From the NCBI GenBank assembly GCA_046484135.1, contig JAWOBU010000086.1, positions 1 through 36,647 of the forward strand: DNA of 36,647 bases, given 5' to 3'. The position numbers and the translations under genes are program-made. Shown piece by piece: positions 28,594 through 36,550 of the stretch; within the stretch, counting starts at the first letter, position 1, and every line of letters starts with the position of its first letter. The notes under the pieces were generated by a model. That model worked only from the letters and a program-made list of their open reading frames with translations, did not search any database and had not been told where the DNA came from. The DNA comes from a bacterium (GTDB lineage Bacteria > RBG-13-61-14 > DATKZS01).

Positions 28594-28781
28594 TCTTAGC
28601 TCCAAATCCAAATGTTTGAATGATAATATAGCAAATAGAAAGCTGATGTAAAGCGCTTTCTGATTGGTCTCCATGATTTGAAAAAGCTGGGCGAGTAAAC
28701 TGGTTTTATCATGTGCCTTTACTTTTATAGACTCTTGCCGGTCCTAACACAGCAGAATGTCTCCGATTTAATGAGGTGCGA

Positions 28782-29789
28782 CTAAGCCTCGGATAGCTTT
28801 TCTTCCTCCCCCGCTGCAGGGCCGTATGCGGCCCGGTTCATGAGCGACTGGACCAGACCGCATCCCACCGGCGGCAGGAGAATGGTCCAGACCGCGACCG
28901 CCCAGGGACGGCGGGGCTGCTCGTTTTCCTTGACCGCCGGGTTCAAGGCATCAACGAGGTCCGTGTTCATGACCGGCAAAAGCAAAGGCACCAAAAGCCC
29001 GAGGAGCGCGCCCCCCCGGCCGGTCAGGATGCCGCGCGCGCCCGTGAGTTCCCGGGTCTCAGCGAACGCACGGTAGAACCAGTAGATGATGTAAAAGGGC
29101 ACGAACATGCAAAGCAGGGCCGTTACAACCGGCGAGCGCCGCTTATAAGGCAGGGTTTTCTCCCGCTCCGGCGGAGGGCCGGTAAACAGGCTCCTCTTAA
29201 CGGGTATGAGAAAGGCCACTGCCGCAACCGAAAAGATTATGATAGACAAAGTCATTCCCACTTCGTTCACTGCATAAAACATTGACGGGAAGAAAAAGTA
29301 CTCCTTTGCAGCAATGGCGAGCCCGAAAGTCACCCCGAAAACTGTAGCGCCTGCCCGGTTTCCGGCGATCAAGGCGGGCACGCCCACCAGCACGGGGATT
29401 AAGACGGCCTTGGAGGCAAAGGAGGCAACGTAGTTTATGACCAGGCTGCCGGAGACTTCGAGCAACAGGCAAAGCACTGCCTGAAGTATGCCCATTAAAA
29501 GAAGCACGGCCACGCTCCTCCACCGGCTCGCGAGCCACGCCAGGTAAAACCCGAATGCAATGCCCATGGCCGATATCCAGTTGCGGGTATACTCGAACCA
29601 GCCGGTCTCGGTAGGCGACCCCCCCATGCTCTCGACATAATCCCTCAAATGAAAATGAGAAGCCTGCAGGAACATAATATAAGCGAGCCCCATCAGCACG
29701 AAAAAAGCGAACAGCCCCCAGAAGCGATAGGTGGAGAGCATGTCCGCCCACGTCCAGTCCCTTCCTTCCTTTGCCGGTTCAGTAATCAT
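28782..29789 (-). CDS. Membrane protein: half-MFS-like N-terminus plus DUF4234-like C-terminus
   Basis: DWTWADMLSTYRFWGL resembles the start of an MFS C-terminal half, then about 6 TMs; RRSPVVTALL...FYIIYWFYR...E and VQSLMN resemble DUF4234; RBS AAGGAG. Confidence 0.6.
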   Translation of the reverse strand: MITEPAKEGRDWTWADMLSTYRFWGLFAFFVLMGLAYIMFLQASHFHLRDYVESMGGSPTETGWFEYTRNWISAMGIAFGFYLAWLASRWRSVAVLLLMGILQAVLCLLLEVSGSLVINYVASFASKAVLIPVLVGVPALIAGNRAGATVFGVTFGLAIAAKEYFFFPSMFYAVNEVGMTLSIIIFSVAAVAFLIPVKRSLFTGPPPEREKTLPYKRRSPVVTALLCMFVPFYIIYWFYRAFAETRELTGARGILTGRGGALLGLLVPLLLPVMNTDLVDALNPAVKENEQPRRPWAVAVWTILLPPVGCGLVQSLMNRAAYGPAAGEEEKLSEA

Positions 29790-30004
29790 CCGGTTCTCCT
29801 TTGCTCAACTTGAATCCAGGTTTTAAAACAAATCCGCTGGCCTCGTATTATACCCCAGGCCGCAAAGGCAAAAAAGCGCCTAGCGTGAATGTATGTACCC
29901 TGTAACCGAGCTTGCATCTTTTTTTTAGTTTTACTTTATGCCCTTTTTCTTTTCCAGAATCCCGCGGGTGCCGGAACAGACGGATGTATTCACTTTTGAT
30001 TTGC

Positions 30005-30033
30005 TTGACAGCCGACAGTTCCGGACATAAAAT
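30005..30033 (+). promoter_or_regulatory. Sigma70 promoter for the second hicBA
   Basis: TTGACA-17 bp-TAAAAT. Confidence 0.7.
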
Positions 30034-30105
30034 CACTAGGTAAAGGCGGATTTAGTTTCTCATAAGGTCGGCAATTTATTTTTAATTTCTGGACGAGGAG
30101 AGATC

Positions 30106-30372
30106 ATGATACCCATCGAGTTTGATGCGGTAGTTTTCAGGGAAGGCGAACTCTACATAGGCTATGCCCCGGAGCTGGACGTATCAAGCTGCGGTGAGAC
30201 CCTTGCCGAGTCGCACGACAATTTGAAAATGGCGGTGCGCCTTTTTCTCGAGGAGGCCGAGAAGATGGGCACGCTGGAGGAAATACTGGCCGAGTCCGGC
30301 TTCCATAAAGGAAGCGAAGGGAAATGGAACGGCCCCCGGATGGTTTCGGTTGATACGCTGGAGATGACATGA
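30106..30372 (+). CDS. hicB: HicB-family antitoxin (short form)
   Basis: FDAVVFREGELYIGYAPELDVSSCGETLAES..NL..AVRLFLE; RBS GAGGAG. Confidence 0.88.
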   Translation: MIPIEFDAVVFREGELYIGYAPELDVSSCGETLAESHDNLKMAVRLFLEEAEKMGTLEEILAESGFHKGSEGKWNGPRMVSVDTLEMT

Positions 30373-30373
30373 T

Positions 30374-30604
30374 ATGCCCCGCATTGTGCCCGTATCTTGC
30401 CGGGTGCTGAGACGGGTATTCGAAAAGGCTGGATTCAAGTGTGTGAGGATCGAAGGAGGCCATTTCGTTTATACCCGTGAGGACGTAATAAGACCGGTTG
30501 TTATTCCTGACCGGAAAGAGGTTCCGGTATTCATCATAAAGAATAATCTCCGCACGGCGGGCATTTCACGAGAGGAATACTTCGAGCTGTTAAAACAGAT
30601 ATGA
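30374..30604 (+). CDS. hicA: HicA-family toxin (mRNA interferase)
   Basis: 76 aa; FEKAGF...R..GGH (catalytic His), VVIP, AGISREEY. Confidence 0.88.
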   Translation: MPRIVPVSCRVLRRVFEKAGFKCVRIEGGHFVYTREDVIRPVVIPDRKEVPVFIIKNNLRTAGISREEYFELLKQI

Positions 30605-30700
30605 CAAAACAGGCGCTCTCTTTAACGGAAAGATCCCCTGTACCTTATTTCGGAGTAAATTGCCTGGTTCCCTTTATCTCTTTCCTTTTCCAGAATCCTG

Positions 30701-30743
30701 GCGGTTCCCAAATAGGTACCTGCTCCTACTTTTGGGGAACCGC
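30701..30743. repeat. GC-clamped hairpin downstream of hicA (terminator or REP-like)
   Basis: GCGGTTCCC-AAATAGG...CCTACTTTTG-GGGAACCGC. Confidence 0.5.
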
Positions 30744-30768
30744 GCGGTTCATAAGCGATTGCACCAGA

Positions 30769-30840
30769 CCGCATTATGCCTGCCACCCATAGAATTTCAA
30801 CGGTCCTCCATCTGCTTGCCAGCCATGCAATGGAAAATGC
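30769..30840 (-). pseudogene. Short relic of a paralog of the 28782-29789 membrane protein gene
   Basis: Encodes AFSIAWLASRWRTVEILWVAGIMR versus GFYLAWLASRWRSVAVLLLMGILQ in the intact gene; differences in the AWLASRWR core are at synonymous positions. Confidence 0.7.
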
Positions 30841-30945
30841 TTTGAAACAGTGCCTTTTGGTACCCGCCCTGGCGCCGGCGTTTGAAACCCTGCCGCGGAT
30901 TAAGGTAGAATCAGTATCTATTGAACCAAGGAGTTTGACCGGATC

Positions 30946-32598
30946 ATGATTCAACTGGTACTGATAAACGCACCGGACCGGCCGGCATACGAGGTGTCCA
31001 CCGATGTCTTTTCCATCGGCAGGTTGCCGGAGAACCACCTGACCCTGCCGGACGCCCTGGCCTCCCGGAAGCACGCGGAGATCAGGAAACAGGACGGCGA
31101 TTACCGGATAGTGGACCTGGGTTCCCTGAACGGTGTTTACGTGAACAACCTCAAGGTCCAGGACGAAAAGCTGGTCCACGGCGACGTGGTGGTGATAGGA
31201 GAGAGCAAGCTGCTTTTCGAGGAGCGGCCCGATCAGCCCGACCAGGAGGAGTACTCGGCCTCCCGGCCGGTTCCCGGGCCGGCGCCCGCTTACGGGGCGG
31301 CAAAGAGCGATGCGCCCGGCCTGGCCGCGCCCGAGATAGTAAAGCCCATCACGGGGGTCGAGCCCGGCCATGACCTCGAGGTCATGTCATTACACGACAT
31401 CATGAAAAAGCCGGAGGAGATGAGCGCGCCGGAAGCGGGAGATACGCTCCGGAGCCGCTACTTCTTCATTCTCTACCAGGTGGCGCGGGCGCTTAACTCG
31501 ACCAATTCGTTGAGCGAGCTTCTGGACCAGACCATGGCCCTGATCTTCCAGGTGATCCGGGCGGAGCGGGGCGTGATTTTTCTTTTTAACGAGGACATGA
31601 CCCTGGAGCCGGTGATATCCCGGAGCCAGTCTGGGGGCGAGCTTCCGGAGATCACCATCTCACAGACCATCACCCGCCGGGCCATCGAGGAGAAGGCGGG
31701 CATTATAACTGCGGACGCCCGGTACGATCCTCGTTTCAACTCCGGCCAGTCCATCGTGGACTATAACATCCACTCCGCGGTGTGCGTTCCGCTTTGGGAG
31801 CGGAGCCGCACGCGGGGCGCCATTTACCTTGACAACCAGGTCGAGACCTACGCCTTTTCCGAGGACGACCTTGATCTTTTGACCGCCATAGCCAACCAGG
31901 TGGCCATTGCCGTCCAGCAGGAGGAGATGCAGGAGCGGATGCGGGAGCACGCGGTGTTCCGGGCCAACCTGGAGCGGTTCCACTCCCCGGACGTGGTGGG
32001 ACATATCATGCAGCAGTCTCGTCTGGACGAGGGCATCCGGAACTTCCTGGAGGAAAAAGAGGTTACCATTTTATTCGCCGACATCTGCAGCTTCACTCCC
32101 TTGATTGAAAAGATGGACCCGCAACAGGCCGCGGACCTGCTTATCAGCTACATGGACGAGATGACCTCGATCATCTTCCACTACAAGGGAACGGTGGACA
32201 AGTTCATGGGCGACGCCATCATGGCCATATTCGGCGCGCCCATCTCGCACGGCAACGACGCGGAGCTCGCGGTGTGCTCCGCAGTGGACATGTTGAAAAA
32301 GATGGAGGAGTTTAAAAGAAACCTTCCGGAAGAAAGAAGGTTTGATATCAGGATAGGGATCAACACCGGGGTGGTGATCTCGGGCTATCTTGGATCAAAA
32401 GAGCGGCTCGAGTACACGGTGCTGGGAGACGCGGTCAACGTAGCCTCCCGGCTGCAGAACTTTGCCGAACCAGGCACCGCGGTGGTTGGAGAGGACACCT
32501 TTGCCAAGGCCCGCGGCATCTTCGACTTCAAAGACCGCGGCTCGACCTTGTTGAAAGGCAAAAAGGCAGAGACCCGCGTCTACCAGATCGTGTTCTGA
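30946..32598 (+). CDS. FHA-GAF-class III adenylate cyclase
   Basis: FHA (IGR, SRKHA, SLNG), GAF (SAVCVPL, IYLDN, ANQVAIA), cyclase (FADICSFT, DKFMGDA, IGINTG, YTVLGDAVNVASRL); the Lys/Thr pair indicates ATP specificity (class IIIb). Confidence 0.93.
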   Translation: MIQLVLINAPDRPAYEVSTDVFSIGRLPENHLTLPDALASRKHAEIRKQDGDYRIVDLGSLNGVYVNNLKVQDEKLVHGDVVVIGESKLLFEERPDQPDQEEYSASRPVPGPAPAYGAAKSDAPGLAAPEIVKPITGVEPGHDLEVMSLHDIMKKPEEMSAPEAGDTLRSRYFFILYQVARALNSTNSLSELLDQTMALIFQVIRAERGVIFLFNEDMTLEPVISRSQSGGELPEITISQTITRRAIEEKAGIITADARYDPRFNSGQSIVDYNIHSAVCVPLWERSRTRGAIYLDNQVETYAFSEDDLDLLTAIANQVAIAVQQEEMQERMREHAVFRANLERFHSPDVVGHIMQQSRLDEGIRNFLEEKEVTILFADICSFTPLIEKMDPQQAADLLISYMDEMTSIIFHYKGTVDKFMGDAIMAIFGAPISHGNDAELAVCSAVDMLKKMEEFKRNLPEERRFDIRIGINTGVVISGYLGSKERLEYTVLGDAVNVASRLQNFAEPGTAVVGEDTFAKARGIFDFKDRGSTLLKGKKAETRVYQIVF

Positions 32599-32649
32599 AA
32601 AAAGAGCACTCTTTCACGGCACGCCGCCAAACGGAAAGTAAAAAAGACA

Positions 32650-32671
32650 GTACGAGCGACTTCAGTCGCGA
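32650..32671 (+). repeat. REP-like palindromic element, copy 2
   Basis: GTACGA-GCGAC-TTCA-GTCGC-GA; compensatory stem change relative to the 14234 copy. Confidence 0.6.
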
Positions 32672-32691
32672 TGAAAGTTTAAGGAACCTTT

Positions 32692-33321
32692 ATGCCCCCG
32701 GACGCCGATCTATACCTTGAAAAGATGGACCTCGCGGGCTACTGCAACGGCGAGACCTGCCGGGTCTGCAAAGTGGACTCGTTCGAGGAGTTTGTCAAGA
32801 ACCTCGAGTCCGGCCGGATCAAAGAGGGCGACTGCCCGCACTGGAGCTCCGCCAAGCTTTCCGCTTTCCGGTTCGCCGTAAAGGCGGGCGATAGGATTCC
32901 GACTGTGCCCATGCTCGACCTGCCCCGGCCGGTGCCTCCCGAGCTTGTCGAGTTAAACGAGCCCCATGACCAATCACCTCTGCTTATCACCGGCAACTCG
33001 GAGTTCACCCGCACCGTGCTCCTTGCGGTGGTGTCCCTGGCCTTGAGCCCGCTCCAGCTTCTTATTGCCGACGTCAAGGGCCACACCGTGGACATGGCCA
33101 TGGTCTATGGCGAGCTCACCGCGGAGGTGATATTAAAGGCGATGGAAAAGGAAAAGGTCTGTGTTAAAGCGGAGGGAAAAAGGATCATCCTCCCCGGCCT
33201 GGCCGGGACGATTGCTCCCGACCTTGCGAGCGCCCTGGGCCGGGAGGTCGAGACCGGCCCGGTGTGCGCGGCAGAGCTGCCCCTTTACATGGGCGATGAT
33301 TTCGTGTTGGCGGGCGAATAA
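32692..33321 (+). CDS. Small protein with AcsC/CdhE-like Fe-S domain and corrinoid-binding domain (no TIM barrel)
   Basis: N-terminal C-x4-CRVC...DCPH; then P...SPLLITGN, LLIADVKG.TV, IILPGLA, V.TGP..A.ELP, matching the AcsC/HgcA cobalamin-binding fold. Confidence 0.75.
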   Translation: MPPDADLYLEKMDLAGYCNGETCRVCKVDSFEEFVKNLESGRIKEGDCPHWSSAKLSAFRFAVKAGDRIPTVPMLDLPRPVPPELVELNEPHDQSPLLITGNSEFTRTVLLAVVSLALSPLQLLIADVKGHTVDMAMVYGELTAEVILKAMEKEKVCVKAEGKRIILPGLAGTIAPDLASALGREVETGPVCAAELPLYMGDDFVLAGE

Positions 33322-36103
33322 AATAAAATAAATATACAGGCTTATATTCATGATACCCTCCTCTTTTTGTTGAAGATATTTCATGCATAATGTAATCCAA
33401 TGTATTACTATTCAAAAGTCCCAAGATATATAAATCGTCAGTTTGAATAATTGTTGTTTTATCGTTTGAAAAAATACCTCCTTCATCAAACATGTAAGAT
33501 GCTTTTTTCAAAATACACCCTGTTATTATCTTCGGCTTTTCGAACTCTCCATAATACTCACAAGTCCGCAATTCCCACCAGAAGTCTCCTTTGTCATATC
33601 TTTTCTCCGCCTTTTGTTTGAACTGCTTCAGATGCTTTGCCAACGAAGGATATGTCTCCGAAAAAAAATTCCACGGGTTCTTTTTTCCGCAATTCTCAAG
33701 TGTCCAGCCTCTTGGAATGAGAATCAGGAACTTGTTAGGCTCGGGCGGCTTGTACCTTTTGATGTCTTTGCCGGTCAGAAACGGCTTTATGATCTCCGCG
33801 CTTTTGGGGTCTTCGGAGATGAGCCGCTCTTTGGTCTCCGGGTCTATAACAAATGCCTCGTTCAAGCCGGTTTTAATCCCATAAAAGATTTTATCGTCTA
33901 CATAATCAGCCAGGGGTACTCCCCCGTCCTTGATCTTTTCGAACAATTTATGTTCCGCGGGTCTTGCCATGGACCAGCCTTCCGAGTTCAGGGAGTCGGT
34001 TGATATGGTGTACTGGTTCGATTCCACGTACTCGGCGAGCTTGGGAAAATCGAGAGTTTTTACCTTGCACGAGTACATTTGTTTTTTGGCTTTTCCTTTG
34101 GTCATGAAAAGAAGGCAAGGGTAGGTGGTGGCGTTCTGAAAAACGCGCAGGTCTCCGAAGTCTATTATTTTAAGTACGGCTTGTTGTTTCAGCCATTGCC
34201 GGAGCGGCTTTCCGTAGTTGGTTCGCATCCACTTATTGGACACGATGTATCCGAAAAGGCCTCCATCATTAAGAAGCTCCATTGCCCGCTCGATAAAGTA
34301 GGTGTAAAGGTCGGCCATGCCGTGGTACACATTGTACTTCTTACTGAAATACTCCTTGTTTTCCCCGAGTCCCTCCTGCCTCACATACGGCGGATTCCCG
34401 ATCACTGCATCAAAACCTGGATTTTGCCCCTCGAATACCTTTTTGAATCTGGCTTTCCAGTCGAAGGCGTTTATCTTGTAGTGCTCTTCCTGGTCGAACA
34501 TCTCCCTTTGTTTTCCGGAGTAGAAGTCCGGCCCGATGAGCGAGTTTCCGCATTTGATGTTGTCTCCGAGGTCCGGCAGCGCCCTTTCGTGGAAGAGCTT
34601 GAGCTGTTTATTGATGGACTCTTGTGACTCACCTTCCAGTATTTTGAGTAGCAGTGACAGCTTGGTGACCTCGACGGCTTGCGGGTCTATGTCCACTCCG
34701 TAGACGTTGTTAAGTAGTATGCGTTTTTTCTCGGCCGTAAACAGCCGGTATCCGCCGCCCATGACGGGATAGATTTTCTTCTGGTTTTTGCCGGGGTTTT
34801 GGCTGTAATAATCGAGGTGCCACTGCATGAGTTTTTCGAAGGCGCCGAGCAGGAATGACCCGGACCCGCAGGCGGGGTCGAGAATTTTCAGCTTGGCGGC
34901 CTGGTTGGGCGTCTTGTTTTCGAGGAGCTTTCCCACCGTGTTCTCGACGATGTAGTCCACTATGTAGGAGGGGGTGTAGTAGACCCCGCCTGCTTTCTTG
35001 ACCTCGGGTTTCTCCTTGACCTTGGCCTGGTGGCCCGGCGTGAGGTATATGACGTTGCCCAGAAACCGCTCGTAAATCTGGCCGAGTATCTTGACGGGGA
35101 TGAGCGAGAAGTTGTACTCGTTCTCGTAGAGGGCCTTGATGATCTTCTTCAGCTTGTCGTCGTCAATCCTGATGCGGGAGGTTACGGTGTCAGGCTGGGA
35201 CGCCCTGCCCTTTTCCGCCCTGAAGTGGAACAGGCCCGAGTTGTAGTAGCGGTCTGCCTCCTCGAAGACCTTGAACAGGCTCTTGTAGATGTTCTTCCTG
35301 TTGGTAATACCCAGAAGTGTTGCAGGTGGCTTCAAGAAGTTCGAGAAGGCAGGCGGCTCGATGCCGCGGTCCTCGCAGAAGCGCAGGAAGATGAGCCGGT
35401 CAATGGTTACCTGTACCGCATAGTTGAGTTCGGTTTCGTTTAATGAAGGATTTCGTAGGGCTATATTGAGTGCTAGGGTCTTTCTGAAAGTTTCCAGTTG
35501 TTGCAGGAATTCTTCGTCAAGAGTTTGTGTTCCTTTATTACTTTTCTTAGAATTTACAAGCCTGTCCAATTCACCCCGATCGACCGAACTCCTGCCGAAG
35601 AGGCTATATATTTCGTCCCACTTTTTGGCGTAGTCGCGATAAGTGTAATAGAGTATACGGGAAGTCCCTGCCTTATCACTATCTTTGGGTTTTTGACGAC
35701 AATCGTAAACTGCAAGCTCTCTGAAATTGGTTAATATCCCCACTTTCCCATCTAGCATAGCCATTCTACCATATCTTCGAGTTTGGATAGCAGCTTCTCG
35801 ACCGTTATAAATATTTACAGAAGGCTTTTTGGCCTCGACTATGAAGACGCGGGTCTTGCCGATCTTGAAAAGATAGTCGGGCGCCTCGCGGGTGGGTCCG
35901 CTTTTTATGGAGTGCTCGCGGAGCACGTCGCGCCAGGCCTCGTTCTTGCCCTCGGTGTTGTTCACGTCCCAGCCCAGGCACTCGAACAAGGGGTCTATGA
36001 AGTCGTTTCTGGCCGAGTCCTCGTTGTAGGAGGGGGCGGTGTATTCGTCATAGTTATAATCAAAGGTTTCGATAAGCTCGATGATTTTCTGGGGCGGGGC
36101 CAT
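33185..36103 (-). CDS. Type IIG restriction-modification enzyme (Eco57I-like: nuclease, N6-adenine MTase, TRD), probably 3'-truncated near 33330
   Basis: PDY...VEAKK nuclease motif, LTNF, GVYYTP, ILDPACGSGSFL (motif I), GNPPY (motif IV), LLNS; last ~46 codons are antisense read-through into the neighbouring gene. Confidence 0.88.
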   Translation of the reverse strand: MAPPQKIIELIETFDYNYDEYTAPSYNEDSARNDFIDPLFECLGWDVNNTEGKNEAWRDVLREHSIKSGPTREAPDYLFKIGKTRVFIVEAKKPSVNIYNGREAAIQTRRYGRMAMLDGKVGILTNFRELAVYDCRQKPKDSDKAGTSRILYYTYRDYAKKWDEIYSLFGRSSVDRGELDRLVNSKKSNKGTQTLDEEFLQQLETFRKTLALNIALRNPSLNETELNYAVQVTIDRLIFLRFCEDRGIEPPAFSNFLKPPATLLGITNRKNIYKSLFKVFEEADRYYNSGLFHFRAEKGRASQPDTVTSRIRIDDDKLKKIIKALYENEYNFSLIPVKILGQIYERFLGNVIYLTPGHQAKVKEKPEVKKAGGVYYTPSYIVDYIVENTVGKLLENKTPNQAAKLKILDPACGSGSFLLGAFEKLMQWHLDYYSQNPGKNQKKIYPVMGGGYRLFTAEKKRILLNNVYGVDIDPQAVEVTKLSLLLKILEGESQESINKQLKLFHERALPDLGDNIKCGNSLIGPDFYSGKQREMFDQEEHYKINAFDWKARFKKVFEGQNPGFDAVIGNPPYVRQEGLGENKEYFSKKYNVYHGMADLYTYFIERAMELLNDGGLFGYIVSNKWMRTNYGKPLRQWLKQQAVLKIIDFGDLRVFQNATTYPCLLFMTKGKAKKQMYSCKVKTLDFPKLAEYVESNQYTISTDSLNSEGWSMARPAEHKLFEKIKDGGVPLADYVDDKIFYGIKTGLNEAFVIDPETKERLISEDPKSAEIIKPFLTGKDIKRYKPPEPNKFLILIPRGWTLENCGKKNPWNFFSETYPSLAKHLKQFKQKAEKRYDKGDFWWELRTCEYYGEFEKPKIITGCILKKASYMFDEGGIFSNDKTTIIQTDDLYILGLLNSNTLDYIMHEISSTKRGGYHEYKPVYLFYFIRPPTRNHRPCKGAALPRTPGRSRPPGPGRSQGREQSSRPGRGG

Positions 36104-36404
36104 TGTACCTCCCTATATCGGGCCCGGGAATTGTACTTTACGTTCGACAGATAGCGTAAACTATATTGCCATAAACGGGAAAGTAAGTCAACGAGGTATT
36201 AGAGCCGGGAACGCGGCCGTATCGGCCGCTCCGCAGATAAAAGCGGGCGCGGTCGTTCAGCCAGCTTTTACGGACCAAAGTTTTTCATTGTTTCAGATCA
36301 AGTGTTTGCGGTAAAGGAAGGGCGGTTTTGTAAAGGACGGTTTTAACGGGGCGCAACAGAAGTCCAATATATAGGAGAGTGCGTGTGCGGAAAGGGGGGA
36401 GCTG

Positions 36405-36550
36405 AACGCAACGGCGCGACGAGGAAGAGGTTTCACGCAAAGGCGCGGAGACGCGAAGGGGAGAGAAGAAGAGATTTATTGCGCGGAAGAGAACTCGAAC
36501 GGCTGATTCTTGAACAAGAAAAACCGTTGCGTCTTTGCGGCGTTGTGTTT
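36405..36550. repeat. Second cluster of the 8-bp-periodic inverted repeat family
   Basis: 36433-36456 TCACGCAAAGGCGCGGAGACGCGA (20/24 to the 18741 copy); inverted copy 36524-36550; partial copy 36405-36423. Confidence 0.7.

Noticed and set aside
28119..28750. Integron attC sites (GTTAGC/GTTAGG on the minus strand near 28125, 28168, 28748; ATCTAAC near 36626)
   Set aside because: No matching R''/L boxes forming a convincing attC hairpin, and no integrase in the window
30622..31371. 249-aa minus-strand ORF
   Set aside because: Mostly antisense to the cyclase; only the 24-codon paralog relic within it looks meaningful
32692..33321. hgcA mercury methylase or true acsC
   Set aside because: Lacks the N(V/I)WCA(A/G)GK motif, TM domain and hgcB; too short for AcsC and no TIM barrel
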